Shown here one piece after another: positions 11,114 to 20,134 of a DNA stretch of 32,000 bases (positions within the stretch are counted from its first letter, which is position 1; each line of letters starts with the position of its first letter). Origin of the DNA: Methanococcus maripaludis (GTDB taxonomy: Archaea; AGJL01; Methanococci; Methanococcales; Methanococcaceae); contig NZ_CP026606.1 in the NCBI RefSeq assembly GCF_002945325.1, positions 720,001 through 752,000 of the forward strand, read 5' to 3'. Below the pieces are notes generated by a model that saw only the letters and a program-made list of their open reading frames with translations, ran no database searches and was not told where the DNA came from. The translations under genes were made by a program, and so were the position numbers.

Positions 11114-11773
11114 ATGGAAAACATTAAAGAAATTACCAAACTGCTTCCAGGATACAACTGCAAAGCTTGCGGGTTCAAAAGGTGTGATCTCTTCGCAGAA
11201 AAAATTCTTAAAGGAGAAAATCCTGAAAACTGCCCTTTGTTATTTAAAGAAGAATTTAAAGGAAATATTGAAAAAATAAAAGAAATTGCATCAACTTTAG
11301 GATCTCTTGAAATTAAAAAAACATGTGAATCCAAAACTGGACTTGTTGGACTTTTAGATGGATACGATGCTGACTTTTTACTCGACCCCCTTCCAGAAGA
11401 GCATTCTTGTAGGGAAACTTTAATAATCCTTTCAAAAAATCCAATAAAAAAAGGAGATCATATCAAATACCGACCTCTTGGATGCCCAATTCCACATTTT
11501 GCTGAAATAATCGATGACGCTCACGGAATGTATGTGGTACATCTTGAAGGCCCTTGTAACAGGTTTAATACAGAAAAAATAGAGTATATCGAAGTTGGAA
11601 TTGCACTCATTGCTGCATTTGAAGGAGTTTATAATGGTAAAACTCCAGAAGTTGGAAAAACTGTTAAATTTATCCCAACTCACTGTATGATGCAGAAAGT
11701 CCATAGCGGCGTTGTTGTTGAGGTTGAAGGAAATAGGGTTTTAATCGAAGGAATTGATTTAAAAGTATGGTAA
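11114..11773 (+). CDS. (Fe-S)-binding protein
   Basis: LLPGYNCKACGFKRCDLFAEKILKGENPENCPLL is a CxxCGxxxCxxFAxxI...C 4Fe-4S domain. Track ORF starts at 11084 inside the upstream gene; ATG at 11114 fits. Confidence 0.82.
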   Translation: MENIKEITKLLPGYNCKACGFKRCDLFAEKILKGENPENCPLLFKEEFKGNIEKIKEIASTLGSLEIKKTCESKTGLVGLLDGYDADFLLDPLPEEHSCRETLIILSKNPIKKGDHIKYRPLGCPIPHFAEIIDDAHGMYVVHLEGPCNRFNTEKIEYIEVGIALIAAFEGVYNGKTPEVGKTVKFIPTHCMMQKVHSGVVVEVEGNRVLIEGIDLKVW

Positions 11774-11782
11774 TAGTATACA

Positions 11783-12997
11783 TTAAAAGCCATATTTTTC
11801 ATTTATTTTATTATTTGCATTTCTTAAAACATCTCTTAACGGAATATTTAGTTTTTTTGCAATTTTTTTCAGATCTTCAAATTCAGGTTTTATATTTACG
11901 ATTTCTCCATTTAAATTAGATATTTTCACATCAAATTCAAAATTAATGCCATTTATATCAAGATTTAATTTTTCCATTCTTCTTTTAGCCCTTATTTTAT
12001 CGTAATGATTAATTCTAACTCCCAAAGTTCCTGTTTCTTCAATTAAAATTTTTGCAAATTTTTCATGAACGTGATAAGGACATATTACAGAAATCATGCT
12101 TGATGGCCGATTTTTTTTACCAAATACAGGAGTTATAAATACATCAGGAGCTCCTTCGTTTAAAAGCCTTTCAACAGCGTATGCCAGGACTTCTGAAGAA
12201 ATATCGTCGATATTAGTTTCTAAAATTACTGTTTTTTCAATTATTTTTTCATCCGTTTTTCCTTCAACAAGCCTTAAAACATTTGGAACATTTTCCATTC
12301 TTTTGGTTCCTGCACCATATCCTGTTTTTAAAAGAACTATTTCAGGATATGAATCCGTAAATTCATCTGTAACGTTTGAAAGTATTGCAGCTCCAGTGGG
12401 GGTCAATAATTCAAAATCGGAATCTACTTTTGAACATTTTATTTCGTGTTTACATAAAATTTCAAGCGTTGCAGGTGCTGGGCTTGGAATAATCCCGTGA
12501 TCCATAGATATTCTTCCATTTCCAAGTGCAGGCGGTGTTGAATAAATTTTTCCATCTAAAAATCCATTTTTTTCTAAAATTAATATCGGTAAGACTATGT
12601 CAAAAACTGAATCTAATGAAGATATCTCGTGTAAATGAAAATGATCCCCGTGAAGCTTTTGTTCAGCTTCAATTAAATCTTTTATAATATTTTCACAGAT
12701 TTTAACTCCTTTTTCCGACATTAGATTTTTAGAAGTATTTATGATAATTTCTTTTAATTCGTCGGGATTTTTTATTCGTTCTTCGTCGATTTCAATTTTT
12801 AACTGCTTTGCAGAAATTCCATTTACTTTTTCATCCATTAATACTGCATTAAATGAGTTGCAACTGTTTAATTTTTCTAATTCTGCGATTACGTCGTCCA
12901 TTAAATCGTAAGAATTTGTAAGTGCAAGCAAAGATGAAACAAACATATCTCCAGACATCCCTGCAATTTTTGGGTCGATTACTAAAACTTTTGTCAT
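11783..12997 (-). CDS. larC: LarC-like nickel pincer cofactor biosynthesis / nickel insertion protein (DUF111 family)
   Basis: PKIAGMSGDMFVSSLLAL, HGDHFHLHEISSLDSVFDIV, STPPALGNGRISMDHGIIPSPAPATLEIL, LLTPTGAAIL, ETNIDDISSEVLAYA. Confidence 0.85.
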   Translation of the reverse strand: MTKVLVIDPKIAGMSGDMFVSSLLALTNSYDLMDDVIAELEKLNSCNSFNAVLMDEKVNGISAKQLKIEIDEERIKNPDELKEIIINTSKNLMSEKGVKICENIIKDLIEAEQKLHGDHFHLHEISSLDSVFDIVLPILILEKNGFLDGKIYSTPPALGNGRISMDHGIIPSPAPATLEILCKHEIKCSKVDSDFELLTPTGAAILSNVTDEFTDSYPEIVLLKTGYGAGTKRMENVPNVLRLVEGKTDEKIIEKTVILETNIDDISSEVLAYAVERLLNEGAPDVFITPVFGKKNRPSSMISVICPYHVHEKFAKILIEETGTLGVRINHYDKIRAKRRMEKLNLDINGINFEFDVKISNLNGEIVNIKPEFEDLKKIAKKLNIPLRDVLRNANNKINEKYGF

Positions 12998-13253
12998 TGT
13001 ATCACAAGATATTGGTGTTAAACTAACCTATGTTTATGTTAAAATTTAAATATTTTTAAAAAAACTGAGTTTTCAAAACAAAAAAATTAAATTCTATTCC
13101 ATCTAAACTTGGATGCAACAATTAAAAAATAGCTTTGAAATTACTGATAATTATTTTGAAATTTTAAGTTTTGATACTTTGATAAGTTATATATATTTGT
13201 AAAATATATCGAAGAGGACATTCCAAGAAATTCCAAAATATAATTGTGATAAT

Positions 13254-14042
13254 ATGTACATATTTAAGATTGCATACGATGGAAAATTAAGCTTTCAAAC
13301 ACAGCCTCACGGAGAAACAGTCTGTGACAGAATTTCAGATGCACTTTTAGACTGTGGATATTTAGATAACAAGGATAGAGTTCCATTGTATCATGGTGGA
13401 AGAACTGATCGAGGAGTATCTGCACTTGGAAATTACGTAGTGTATGAAATGGACAAAAAACCGGTGCTTCCAAGAGTTCAGTCTAAACTTAAATGGGACG
13501 GAATATGGGTTTTGGGATGTAAAGAGATTGAAATTTTTCCGGAAATTGAATACAGACACTACCAGTATACTTTACCAAATAAAAATCATGATGTCGAACT
13601 AATGAAAAAGGCATCTGAAAAACTAATCGGAACACATTACTTCCAGAATTTATCAAAAAGGGATAAAACAAAAGTAAAAGATCCAGTCAGGACGCTTTAC
13701 GACATTAAAATATCTTCAAATGATTATTTCATCACAATTGATATATTTGGAGAGAGTTTTCTCTGGAATATGGTTAGAAGAATTATAAGGCTCCTTTCAG
13801 ATGTTGGAAAACATAAATTTGAGAATCCTGAAAAATTTATCGAACTAATTTTATCAGAAGACTACAAAAAAGGCTATCCTCCATCCCCTGCCGAAGGTTT
13901 AATACTTGTTGACGTCAAAACTAATATTGACATTGATTTGGATAGTTATGTCATTAGAAACTTAAAAAATAGCTGGGAAAAATCCCTGAATAACAGTTTG
14001 ATGAGACTTGGACTCTGTAAAACCGTTTTATCGAAAACCTGA
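13254..14042 (+). CDS. truA: tRNA pseudouridine synthase TruA family
   Basis: KIAYDGKLSFQTQPHGETV, GGRTDRGVSALGNYV, FGESFLWNMVRRIIRLL. Confidence 0.9.
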   Translation: MYIFKIAYDGKLSFQTQPHGETVCDRISDALLDCGYLDNKDRVPLYHGGRTDRGVSALGNYVVYEMDKKPVLPRVQSKLKWDGIWVLGCKEIEIFPEIEYRHYQYTLPNKNHDVELMKKASEKLIGTHYFQNLSKRDKTKVKDPVRTLYDIKISSNDYFITIDIFGESFLWNMVRRIIRLLSDVGKHKFENPEKFIELILSEDYKKGYPPSPAEGLILVDVKTNIDIDLDSYVIRNLKNSWEKSLNNSLMRLGLCKTVLSKT

Positions 14043-14055
14043 AAAGAGTGATATT

Positions 14056-14772
14056 GTGAAGTACATCTCCTCAATAAGTGTCGACATATCTTCAAACGAT
14101 GTCGAAACTAGCGAAGTTGTTAATGAAAAATTAGAACGAGAACTCCAGTTAGAAATGTCAAAAATTGGAGTAAAATCCACAATTACAAACGTTACTGGAG
14201 ACGATATTGTAATTTCATCATTTGTTTCTGAAGATAAAATTGAAGAAGTTAACAACATCGTGTTTAAATTACTTTACAAACACGCTGAAGGTTTTGAAGA
14301 TTTAAATGGGGTTTCTAATGATCCAGAAACTGCTGGAGAAGGTGTTTCATATGCACTTTCTAAAACACCTTCGGAATATGGAGATTCGATTATTATTGGA
14401 TTTGATACATATTGCGGGGAATCTTTTGTAAATGAAGCAGCATTATTTGTTGAAGAAATTGGAAAAAAATTTGGATATGATTCTTCGTCAAGCGTTTCAG
14501 ACACACCTACAAAAATTCCAGGAATTGGATATTCTGGAGTATCTACGGATGACCCTGTCGTGGTAATCACTCTTGAAAATGTGAAAGACTTGAAAAAAAT
14601 TACAGGTATGATTTATGGGGGCCTTTTGGGATTTGAAAACGTTTACTTTGTTAAAAGGGGATCTCCAACAAATATACTACCGCCTGGAGTAATTTATACA
14701 ATGACTGCCTTTTTAAACGGAAATGCTATCGATCTCTATGATGGAATAAAAAGAAAAAATAACCTGCTATAA
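14056..14772 (+). CDS. Conserved-looking hypothetical protein
   Basis: In-frame GTG at 14056 behind GAGTGAT SD; 238 aa, unrecognised family. Track start at 14008 lies inside truA. Confidence 0.7.
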   Translation: MKYISSISVDISSNDVETSEVVNEKLERELQLEMSKIGVKSTITNVTGDDIVISSFVSEDKIEEVNNIVFKLLYKHAEGFEDLNGVSNDPETAGEGVSYALSKTPSEYGDSIIIGFDTYCGESFVNEAALFVEEIGKKFGYDSSSSVSDTPTKIPGIGYSGVSTDDPVVVITLENVKDLKKITGMIYGGLLGFENVYFVKRGSPTNILPPGVIYTMTAFLNGNAIDLYDGIKRKNNLL

Positions 14773-14791
14773 ATGAAAAAAAGTTGAAAAT

Positions 14792-15433
14792 ATGGACGTA
14801 CAATTTATAATACTGGCATTTACATCATTATTTTCCATATTAAACCCATTTGGAGTAATTCCAACTTACTTAGTCCTTACTAGCCAGTACTCCAAAGTTG
14901 AGAAAATAAAAATCATACGTAAATCTATGCTTGCCGCATTTGCACTTCTAATGATGTTTGCACTTCTTGGAAATCAGATCATCGGGTTTTTTGGAATTTC
15001 AATTCCTGCAATCAAGATTACAGGTGGAGTTTTACTATTCTTAATTGCACTTGATATGATTCAGGGCAACACCTCCAAGGTAGAAAAAAGCCCTAAACTT
15101 GAATCCCATTTAAAAAGTCACAGCGAAGAAATTGAAGATATGGATGAAATTGCAATAGTACCGTTAACTGTTCCATTACTAACTGGTCCTGGTTCAATCA
15201 GCGCAGTTATTGCTATGATGGCGCAGACTAGTGATTTTGACGGAAAACTTTCCGTGATAATTGCAATATCACTTTGTATAATTATATCATACTTCGTACT
15301 GAAATTTTCAAAAGATTTAGAAAAAATGCTCGGTAAAATCGGATTTAAAGTACTTACAAAGATGATGGGTCTTGTACTTACTGCAATATCTATCCAGATG
15401 GCCCTTGATGGAATATTAATGGTCTTTGGATAA
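14792..15433 (+). CDS. MarC family integral membrane protein
   Basis: FTSLFSILNPFGVIPTYLVLT, VPLTVPLLTGPGSISAVIAM; multiple TM segments. Confidence 0.9.
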   Translation: MDVQFIILAFTSLFSILNPFGVIPTYLVLTSQYSKVEKIKIIRKSMLAAFALLMMFALLGNQIIGFFGISIPAIKITGGVLLFLIALDMIQGNTSKVEKSPKLESHLKSHSEEIEDMDEIAIVPLTVPLLTGPGSISAVIAMMAQTSDFDGKLSVIIAISLCIIISYFVLKFSKDLEKMLGKIGFKVLTKMMGLVLTAISIQMALDGILMVFG

Positions 15434-15472
15434 TTTAATTATTTTTAAAACTTTTTTTATTCTTTTTTTATG

Positions 15473-15916
15473 TTATTTAATCAGAATTCTCATGCCCAAC
15501 AGCAGTAATGAAATCCCAAATAGTTTAAGAAGCGTTATGGGTGATTTTTGGATTCCAAATATTCCAAAATGATCAATCAACGCACCACTTATCAATTGAA
15601 CACCAACAAAGATTGAAAATGCGGAAAGTGCTCCAAGCTCAGGTACTACAATTAATGAAAGCAGTACAATAACTACGCCCATAATTCCTCCTAAAAGATA
15701 AACTGGATTTATGGCAGGTACTTTTGAAAGCTGTTTAATTGATGACGGATCACTAATTAAAATTATTAAACCAATTAAAACGAGTCCGATTATGAAATTT
15801 ACAAATACTGCATTTTTAGAACCGATATGGTCCCCTAGTTTTGAATTTATTATCGGCTGAAGTGATGCTACAAATCCAACAACAATTGCAAAAATTAACG
15901 CCCACGTCTTATCCAT
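15473..15916 (-). CDS. DMT/YdcZ-like (DUF606) small multi-spanning membrane protein
   Basis: WALIFAIVVGFVASLQPIINSKLGDHIGSKNAVFVNFIIGLVLI...LGGIMGVVIVLLSLIVVPELGAL. Confidence 0.75.
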   Translation of the reverse strand: MDKTWALIFAIVVGFVASLQPIINSKLGDHIGSKNAVFVNFIIGLVLIGLIILISDPSSIKQLSKVPAINPVYLLGGIMGVVIVLLSLIVVPELGALSAFSIFVGVQLISGALIDHFGIFGIQKSPITLLKLFGISLLLLGMRILIK

Positions 15917-15950
15917 AATTTTCCCTTAAAAATATAAAAATAAAATCTAA

Positions 15951-17006
15951 TTATTCTTTTTTGTAGTATACTGTCTGAGTAGGGAATGCAAATTCAATAT
16001 TTTCTTTTTCAAATTCTTCTTTTATTTTGATATTTATTTCATCCTTAGTATTTAAGAAGAAATCAAACCCGAAATCCCTTACAAAGTATTCAACTCTTAA
16101 ATCAAGTGAAAAACTGCCAAATTCAACAAATGATACCCTTATTGGATCTACAACACCATGATGATCATTTAAAACGTTTTCTATTATTTCTTTTGCACGT
16201 TTTACTTTTTCAACTGGCGTGTCGTAAGTTAAACCAATTGTTGCTTTTACCTGCCTTTTTCTTCGCTCTGAAAAGTTTTCAATTTCAGTTTGAACAATGT
16301 TTGCGTTTGGAACTGTAATTAATGTGTCCCCAAATGAACGAACACGGGTACTCCTAATTCCTACTTCTTCCACAATTCCCTCTTTTCCGCCCCATTTTAT
16401 CCAGTCGCCCAATTTAAAAGGTCGATCAACAATTATGATAAATCCTGCAATTAAATTTTCAATCGTGTCCTTTGCAGCAAGCGCAACTGCCAAACCGCCG
16501 ATACCAAGTCCTGCAAGAAGTGCTGAAATGTTGTAGCCCACATTTGATAAAATAAGCAGGAGCCCTGCAATTAAAATCAAAAATTTGACCAGTTTTCTCA
16601 TTAATGGAACAAGTTGGTCGTCGAGCGTATTTTCTGACTTTTCTACGATTGGGACAACATAATTTACAATTATATCATCCACAATTTTAAGTAAAAATAA
16701 AACTCCTGCAAAGGTTATTGCCACAGTTAAAGATTCATTGAGCCACAAAGCTAAATTACCAGATAAAACTAAATTATTTAATCCATACTTGAAAAATAAA
16801 ACGAAAACCACAATTATTAATGGGATTTCTACTGCATCAAGTATTACATCATCTAATTTAGTTTTTGTTTTTCCTGCAAGAACTCTTACGTACTTATTTA
16901 AAAATATGTACATTACTTTTCCAAAGAATACCCCGAAAAATATGAATATTAAAAATATCATGTATGAATACAGGGTATTTCCAAAATATAATTGATCTAA
17001 CGCCAT
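15951..17006 (-). CDS. Small-conductance mechanosensitive channel, MscS family
   Basis: LLAGLGIGGLAVALAAKDTIENLIAGFIIIVDRPFKLGDWI...GIVEEVGIRSTRVRSFGDTLITVPNANI. Confidence 0.95.
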   Translation of the reverse strand: MALDQLYFGNTLYSYMIFLIFIFFGVFFGKVMYIFLNKYVRVLAGKTKTKLDDVILDAVEIPLIIVVFVLFFKYGLNNLVLSGNLALWLNESLTVAITFAGVLFLLKIVDDIIVNYVVPIVEKSENTLDDQLVPLMRKLVKFLILIAGLLLILSNVGYNISALLAGLGIGGLAVALAAKDTIENLIAGFIIIVDRPFKLGDWIKWGGKEGIVEEVGIRSTRVRSFGDTLITVPNANIVQTEIENFSERRKRQVKATIGLTYDTPVEKVKRAKEIIENVLNDHHGVVDPIRVSFVEFGSFSLDLRVEYFVRDFGFDFFLNTKDEINIKIKEEFEKENIEFAFPTQTVYYKKE

Positions 17007-17023
17007 AATTTCACTATTTATCC

Positions 17024-17953
17024 TTATTTATTCATTTTTTCGCGGATAGGTCTTAAAATTTCAATTAATTGTTCTGAAACGAGGTTTTTAACATCCATTG
17101 GGTGAAGTCCTTCAACAAACGCATTTTCTAAAGCTTCGTAAGATTCTAAAATTAAATCTCCACCAAATTTTTCTGGCCTTTTTACAGTTACAGGGTATTC
17201 TAAATAGTATTTAGCAATTTCTAAAACGGGGTTTCCTGAAACTTCTTTCATCGGACAGAATGCATTTTTCATTTTTTTCTTGATTGTAGCTTCATCGTCA
17301 TCTACTGCAATGAAGTTTCCTTTTGATGAAGACATCTTACCTTCGCCATCAAGCCCCGTTAAAACAGGATTGTGTATGCATACTGGTGCTTTGTATCCCA
17401 TGCTTGGCAAAATTTCCCTTGAAAGCATGTGTATTTTCCTCTGCTCCATTCCACCAACTGCAACATCAGCATTTAAGTGTTTTATGTCGTTCACTTGCAT
17501 TAGTGGATATACCACACTTGCGACTTTCGGGTTTTCGTCTTCCCTGGCAATTACTTCCATACTTCTTCTTGCCCTGTTTAATGTAGTTGAAAGTGCAAGT
17601 TTGTAAACATCTATTGTATATTCGTCTTTTAACTGGAACCCACTTCCGTAAACGTAATCTGCAACAAGCCCCATTGCTTCGAATACTTTTCTGTTTTCTT
17701 CACCGAGAGCCCTTACTTCATCCATTGTTCCTTTTTGATTTAAGTAAGCGTGTAAATCCGCTAGTAAAATTACTATTTTAAATCCTGCCTTTTGAAGATC
17801 GATCATCTTTCTTATCTGCAAGTAATGGCCCATGTGAATTCTTCCACTGGGTTCAAATCCAATATATGCAATTTTTTCTTCTTTTTTTAAGAGTTCAGTT
17901 AATTCTTCGATGGATACTATTTCTGAAGTGTTTTTTAATATAGATTCTAACAT
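17024..17953 (-). CDS. tyrS: Tyrosyl-tRNA synthetase
   Basis: [55 protein letters not shown]; likely ATG 17953 (track start 17983 is upstream). Confidence 0.93.
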   Translation of the reverse strand: MLESILKNTSEIVSIEELTELLKKEEKIAYIGFEPSGRIHMGHYLQIRKMIDLQKAGFKIVILLADLHAYLNQKGTMDEVRALGEENRKVFEAMGLVADYVYGSGFQLKDEYTIDVYKLALSTTLNRARRSMEVIAREDENPKVASVVYPLMQVNDIKHLNADVAVGGMEQRKIHMLSREILPSMGYKAPVCIHNPVLTGLDGEGKMSSSKGNFIAVDDDEATIKKKMKNAFCPMKEVSGNPVLEIAKYYLEYPVTVKRPEKFGGDLILESYEALENAFVEGLHPMDVKNLVSEQLIEILRPIREKMNK

Positions 17954-18185
17954 GTTTTCGCCTGATTTTACAAATATTAACAATAAAAACGTTTATTCGT
18001 AATTTGGGTTATTATAATAATTCTTTTACAAAAGTAATTGTGTTTATACTAATGTCTAAACTTACCGATTTATACTTTTCTAATTTTTTGATAAAATTGA
18101 ATAAAAATCTGATTTTAACAAACAAACAAAAAAGTCCAAACATTCAAGTTTTATCGCTAAAAAAAGTAATTTTAGAATAATTAAT

Positions 18186-18383
18186 CTACTTTTTTGATTT
18201 CTTTTCCTTTTCTTCTCGTTTTTTTATGTTATTATATACCATACTTTCCAAATCCCTGTACTTTTCATGGGTTTTGAAAAGTCTTTCTAAATTAAAGCTT
18301 TTTTTTATCCTATTTCGCATGTTTTTCTTAAATTTCCAGTGGTCGAGCATTTCAGTTACGCTCGAATATGAAACATGTACCAT
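18186..18383 (-). CDS. Small basic hypothetical protein (65 aa)
   Basis: ATG 18383 with strong SD GGAGGGG 6 nt upstream: MVHVSYSSVTEMLDHWKFKKNMRNRIKKSFNLERLFKTHEKYRDLESMVYNNIKKREEKEKKSKK. Confidence 0.6.
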   Translation of the reverse strand: MVHVSYSSVTEMLDHWKFKKNMRNRIKKSFNLERLFKTHEKYRDLESMVYNNIKKREEKEKKSKK

Positions 18384-18563
18384 TACTACCCCTCCGTTTA
18401 TAGATATAATTCTCTTCAAAACCAGTTAAATAAATTTTTAGAGTTTTACTGACGCTAAATTTATAAATTGATTTTCAGCCGTGAAACGATTTAAGGCTTA
18501 AAAATAGATATTATTGATTATAATTTACAATTATACGTTTAATTAAAAAAATGACTCCATTAA

Positions 18564-18588
18564 TCTGATAAATTTTAAATATATCAGA
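18564..18588. promoter_or_regulatory. Inverted repeat flanking a TATA-like box upstream of the Gln-rich microprotein
   Basis: TCTGATA (18564-18570) ... TTTAAATATATC ... TATCAGA (18582-18588), perfect 7-bp arms. Confidence 0.4.
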
Positions 18589-18624
18589 AATAAAATATAT
18601 ATTGTACAAAAAGGGGTGATAAAT

Positions 18625-18720
18625 ATGCCAGACACTAAAAAACAGCAAGAACAAAAGAAACTACAACAGCAACAAAAACAGGCTCAGCAACAACAGCAAC
18701 AAAAACAGCAGAATAAATAA
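18625..18720 (+). CDS. Gln/Lys-rich 31-aa microprotein (not in the ORF track)
   Basis: SD GGGGTGAT (18613-18620) then ATG 18625: MPDTKKQQEQKKLQQQQKQAQQQQQQKQQNK*, followed by T-rich tract. Confidence 0.65.
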   Translation: MPDTKKQQEQKKLQQQQKQAQQQQQQKQQNK

Positions 18721-18967
18721 ATTTTTTAATAATCGCCTTACTTTCTCTTTTTTAATTGGCTGAGTGAAATTTGATGAATAGAAGTATCCTGCAAATATTT
18801 AATGTTTTTATCAAACATAAAAATCAGATAGAAGTTTTGCAGGACTATTACCCATATGGGCAATAATCTATATAACATTTTTGTTGTGTAGTCGCCAATT
18901 GTTAAAAAAACTATTTTTATTCTGCCAACAGTTTTATATTTTTGAGACGTAATGTATAACTACATAG

Positions 18968-18975
18968 TTTTATAT
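18968..18975 (+). promoter_or_regulatory. Archaeal TATA box for DUF2067-like/rpoL transcription unit
   Basis: TTTATATA in ACATAGTTTTATATACGACACGG, ~80 nt upstream of ATG 19052. Confidence 0.5.
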
Positions 18976-19051
18976 ACGACACGGCTTAACCTTTTTGAAG
19001 TTTTATATCTATTTTTGAAGAGACGATTTTTGGATTTATCTGGTGAGAATT

Positions 19052-19669
19052 ATGAAAAGAATAATATCAATAAAAGGAACTGAAGAAGAAATTATTGAAA
19101 TCTGCGAAAGGATATCTAAATTAGGCATTGATTATTCATTTGACGCAAAAGCAAATTATGCGGAAAATAGGGCATATAACAGTGCAAGAATAAAGATATT
19201 TGGCGATGAAAAGTACAAACTCGTAGAAGACCATAAAAATATACTTACTATTATAGATACAGTCCATAATAAATACAATGCAGACACAAAAGGATTATTC
19301 GAGTACAAATTAAATGATTTAAAATATCCTGTGAACAAAGACCTTGTTTTGGATACTCTTTCTGCATTAAAAATTAATTTTAAATATTTAAAAGATGAAA
19401 ACGTAATCAAGTGTGAAAGAAAAATTGAAGAAATTAACAGCATCTTAAAAGACATTCTTGACATTTATTCTGAACTCAACTTTTATAATATTGGCTCAAA
19501 ACCTGTTAAAAATGTATTAACTCTTGCAGTATATATAACAGGGCGAGATATCGATGAATTAATCGAAGAAGGACTCGAAAAAGAATTATTTAGAGAAGAA
19601 GACGAAAAAATTGTTCTCAATAAAGATATAAATCTAACAAGAAAAGAACTTTTGAGCGTGAAAAAATGA
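19052..19669 (+). CDS. DUF2067-like conserved archaeal protein
   Basis: ATG 19052 with GGTGAG SD; [52 protein letters not shown]; overlaps rpoL start. Confidence 0.65.
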   Translation: MKRIISIKGTEEEIIEICERISKLGIDYSFDAKANYAENRAYNSARIKIFGDEKYKLVEDHKNILTIIDTVHNKYNADTKGLFEYKLNDLKYPVNKDLVLDTLSALKINFKYLKDENVIKCERKIEEINSILKDILDIYSELNFYNIGSKPVKNVLTLAVYITGRDIDELIEEGLEKELFREEDEKIVLNKDINLTRKELLSVKK

Positions 19670-19956
19670 ACTACGTTAAAATCATTGAAAAAAACAAAAA
19701 CTTCATCGAATTAGAATTAGTAAATGACGACCACTCTTTAAGCAATTTAGTAAAAGAAATATTGTTATCAAAAGATGGCGTTATTCTTGCATCATATGGC
19801 GTAGAACACCCGGTTTTAGATCCTGACACTGGAAGATACATTTCAAATCCAACGATAATGTTAAAAACCGATGAAAAAACAGATGCTGAAACAGTTTTAA
19901 AAGAAGCTTTGAAAGATATCGTCGATCTTTGTAACAAAACCCTTGAAGATTTATAA
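19666..19956 (+). CDS. rpoL: DNA-directed RNA polymerase subunit L (Rpo11)
   Basis: [53 protein letters not shown]; typical RpoL/RPB11 motif. Confidence 0.88.
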   Translation: MNYVKIIEKNKNFIELELVNDDHSLSNLVKEILLSKDGVILASYGVEHPVLDPDTGRYISNPTIMLKTDEKTDAETVLKEALKDIVDLCNKTLEDL

Positions 19957-20051
19957 TTGATATTTTATATCGGCATAATTTATTTTTTTAACTCGAAAAA
20001 CCTTATTTTTAACTTGAATTCTAAAAAAGTGGCCTCTTTTAACTCAGTAAC

Positions 20052-20060
20052 TTATATATA
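20052..20060 (+). promoter_or_regulatory. TATA box of L1-L10-L12 operon
   Basis: TTATATATA, ~75 nt upstream of rpl1 ATG. Confidence 0.55.
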
Positions 20061-20134
20061 ATAGTAAGTGATAGTATGTCTGCCCCATGTTTAGATCGCA
20101 TTGGCGCGATTAAATAATTACAGGAGGCATCAAC

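Noticed and set aside
12096-12500. 134-aa + strand ORF
   Set aside because: Antisense to larC homologue; no independent support.
18186-18419. Start at 18419 (MKRIISINGG...) and resemblance to the MKRIISIKG start of the gene at 19052
   Set aside because: The upstream part contains the TATA-like element and SD of the ATG 18383; the match is short and likely chance.
18774-18866. 30-aa ORF MNRSILQIFNVFIKHKNQIEVLQDYYPYGQ
   Set aside because: Weak SD and no recognisable family; overlaps the inverted repeats, so not listed as a CDS though a leader peptide cannot be excluded.
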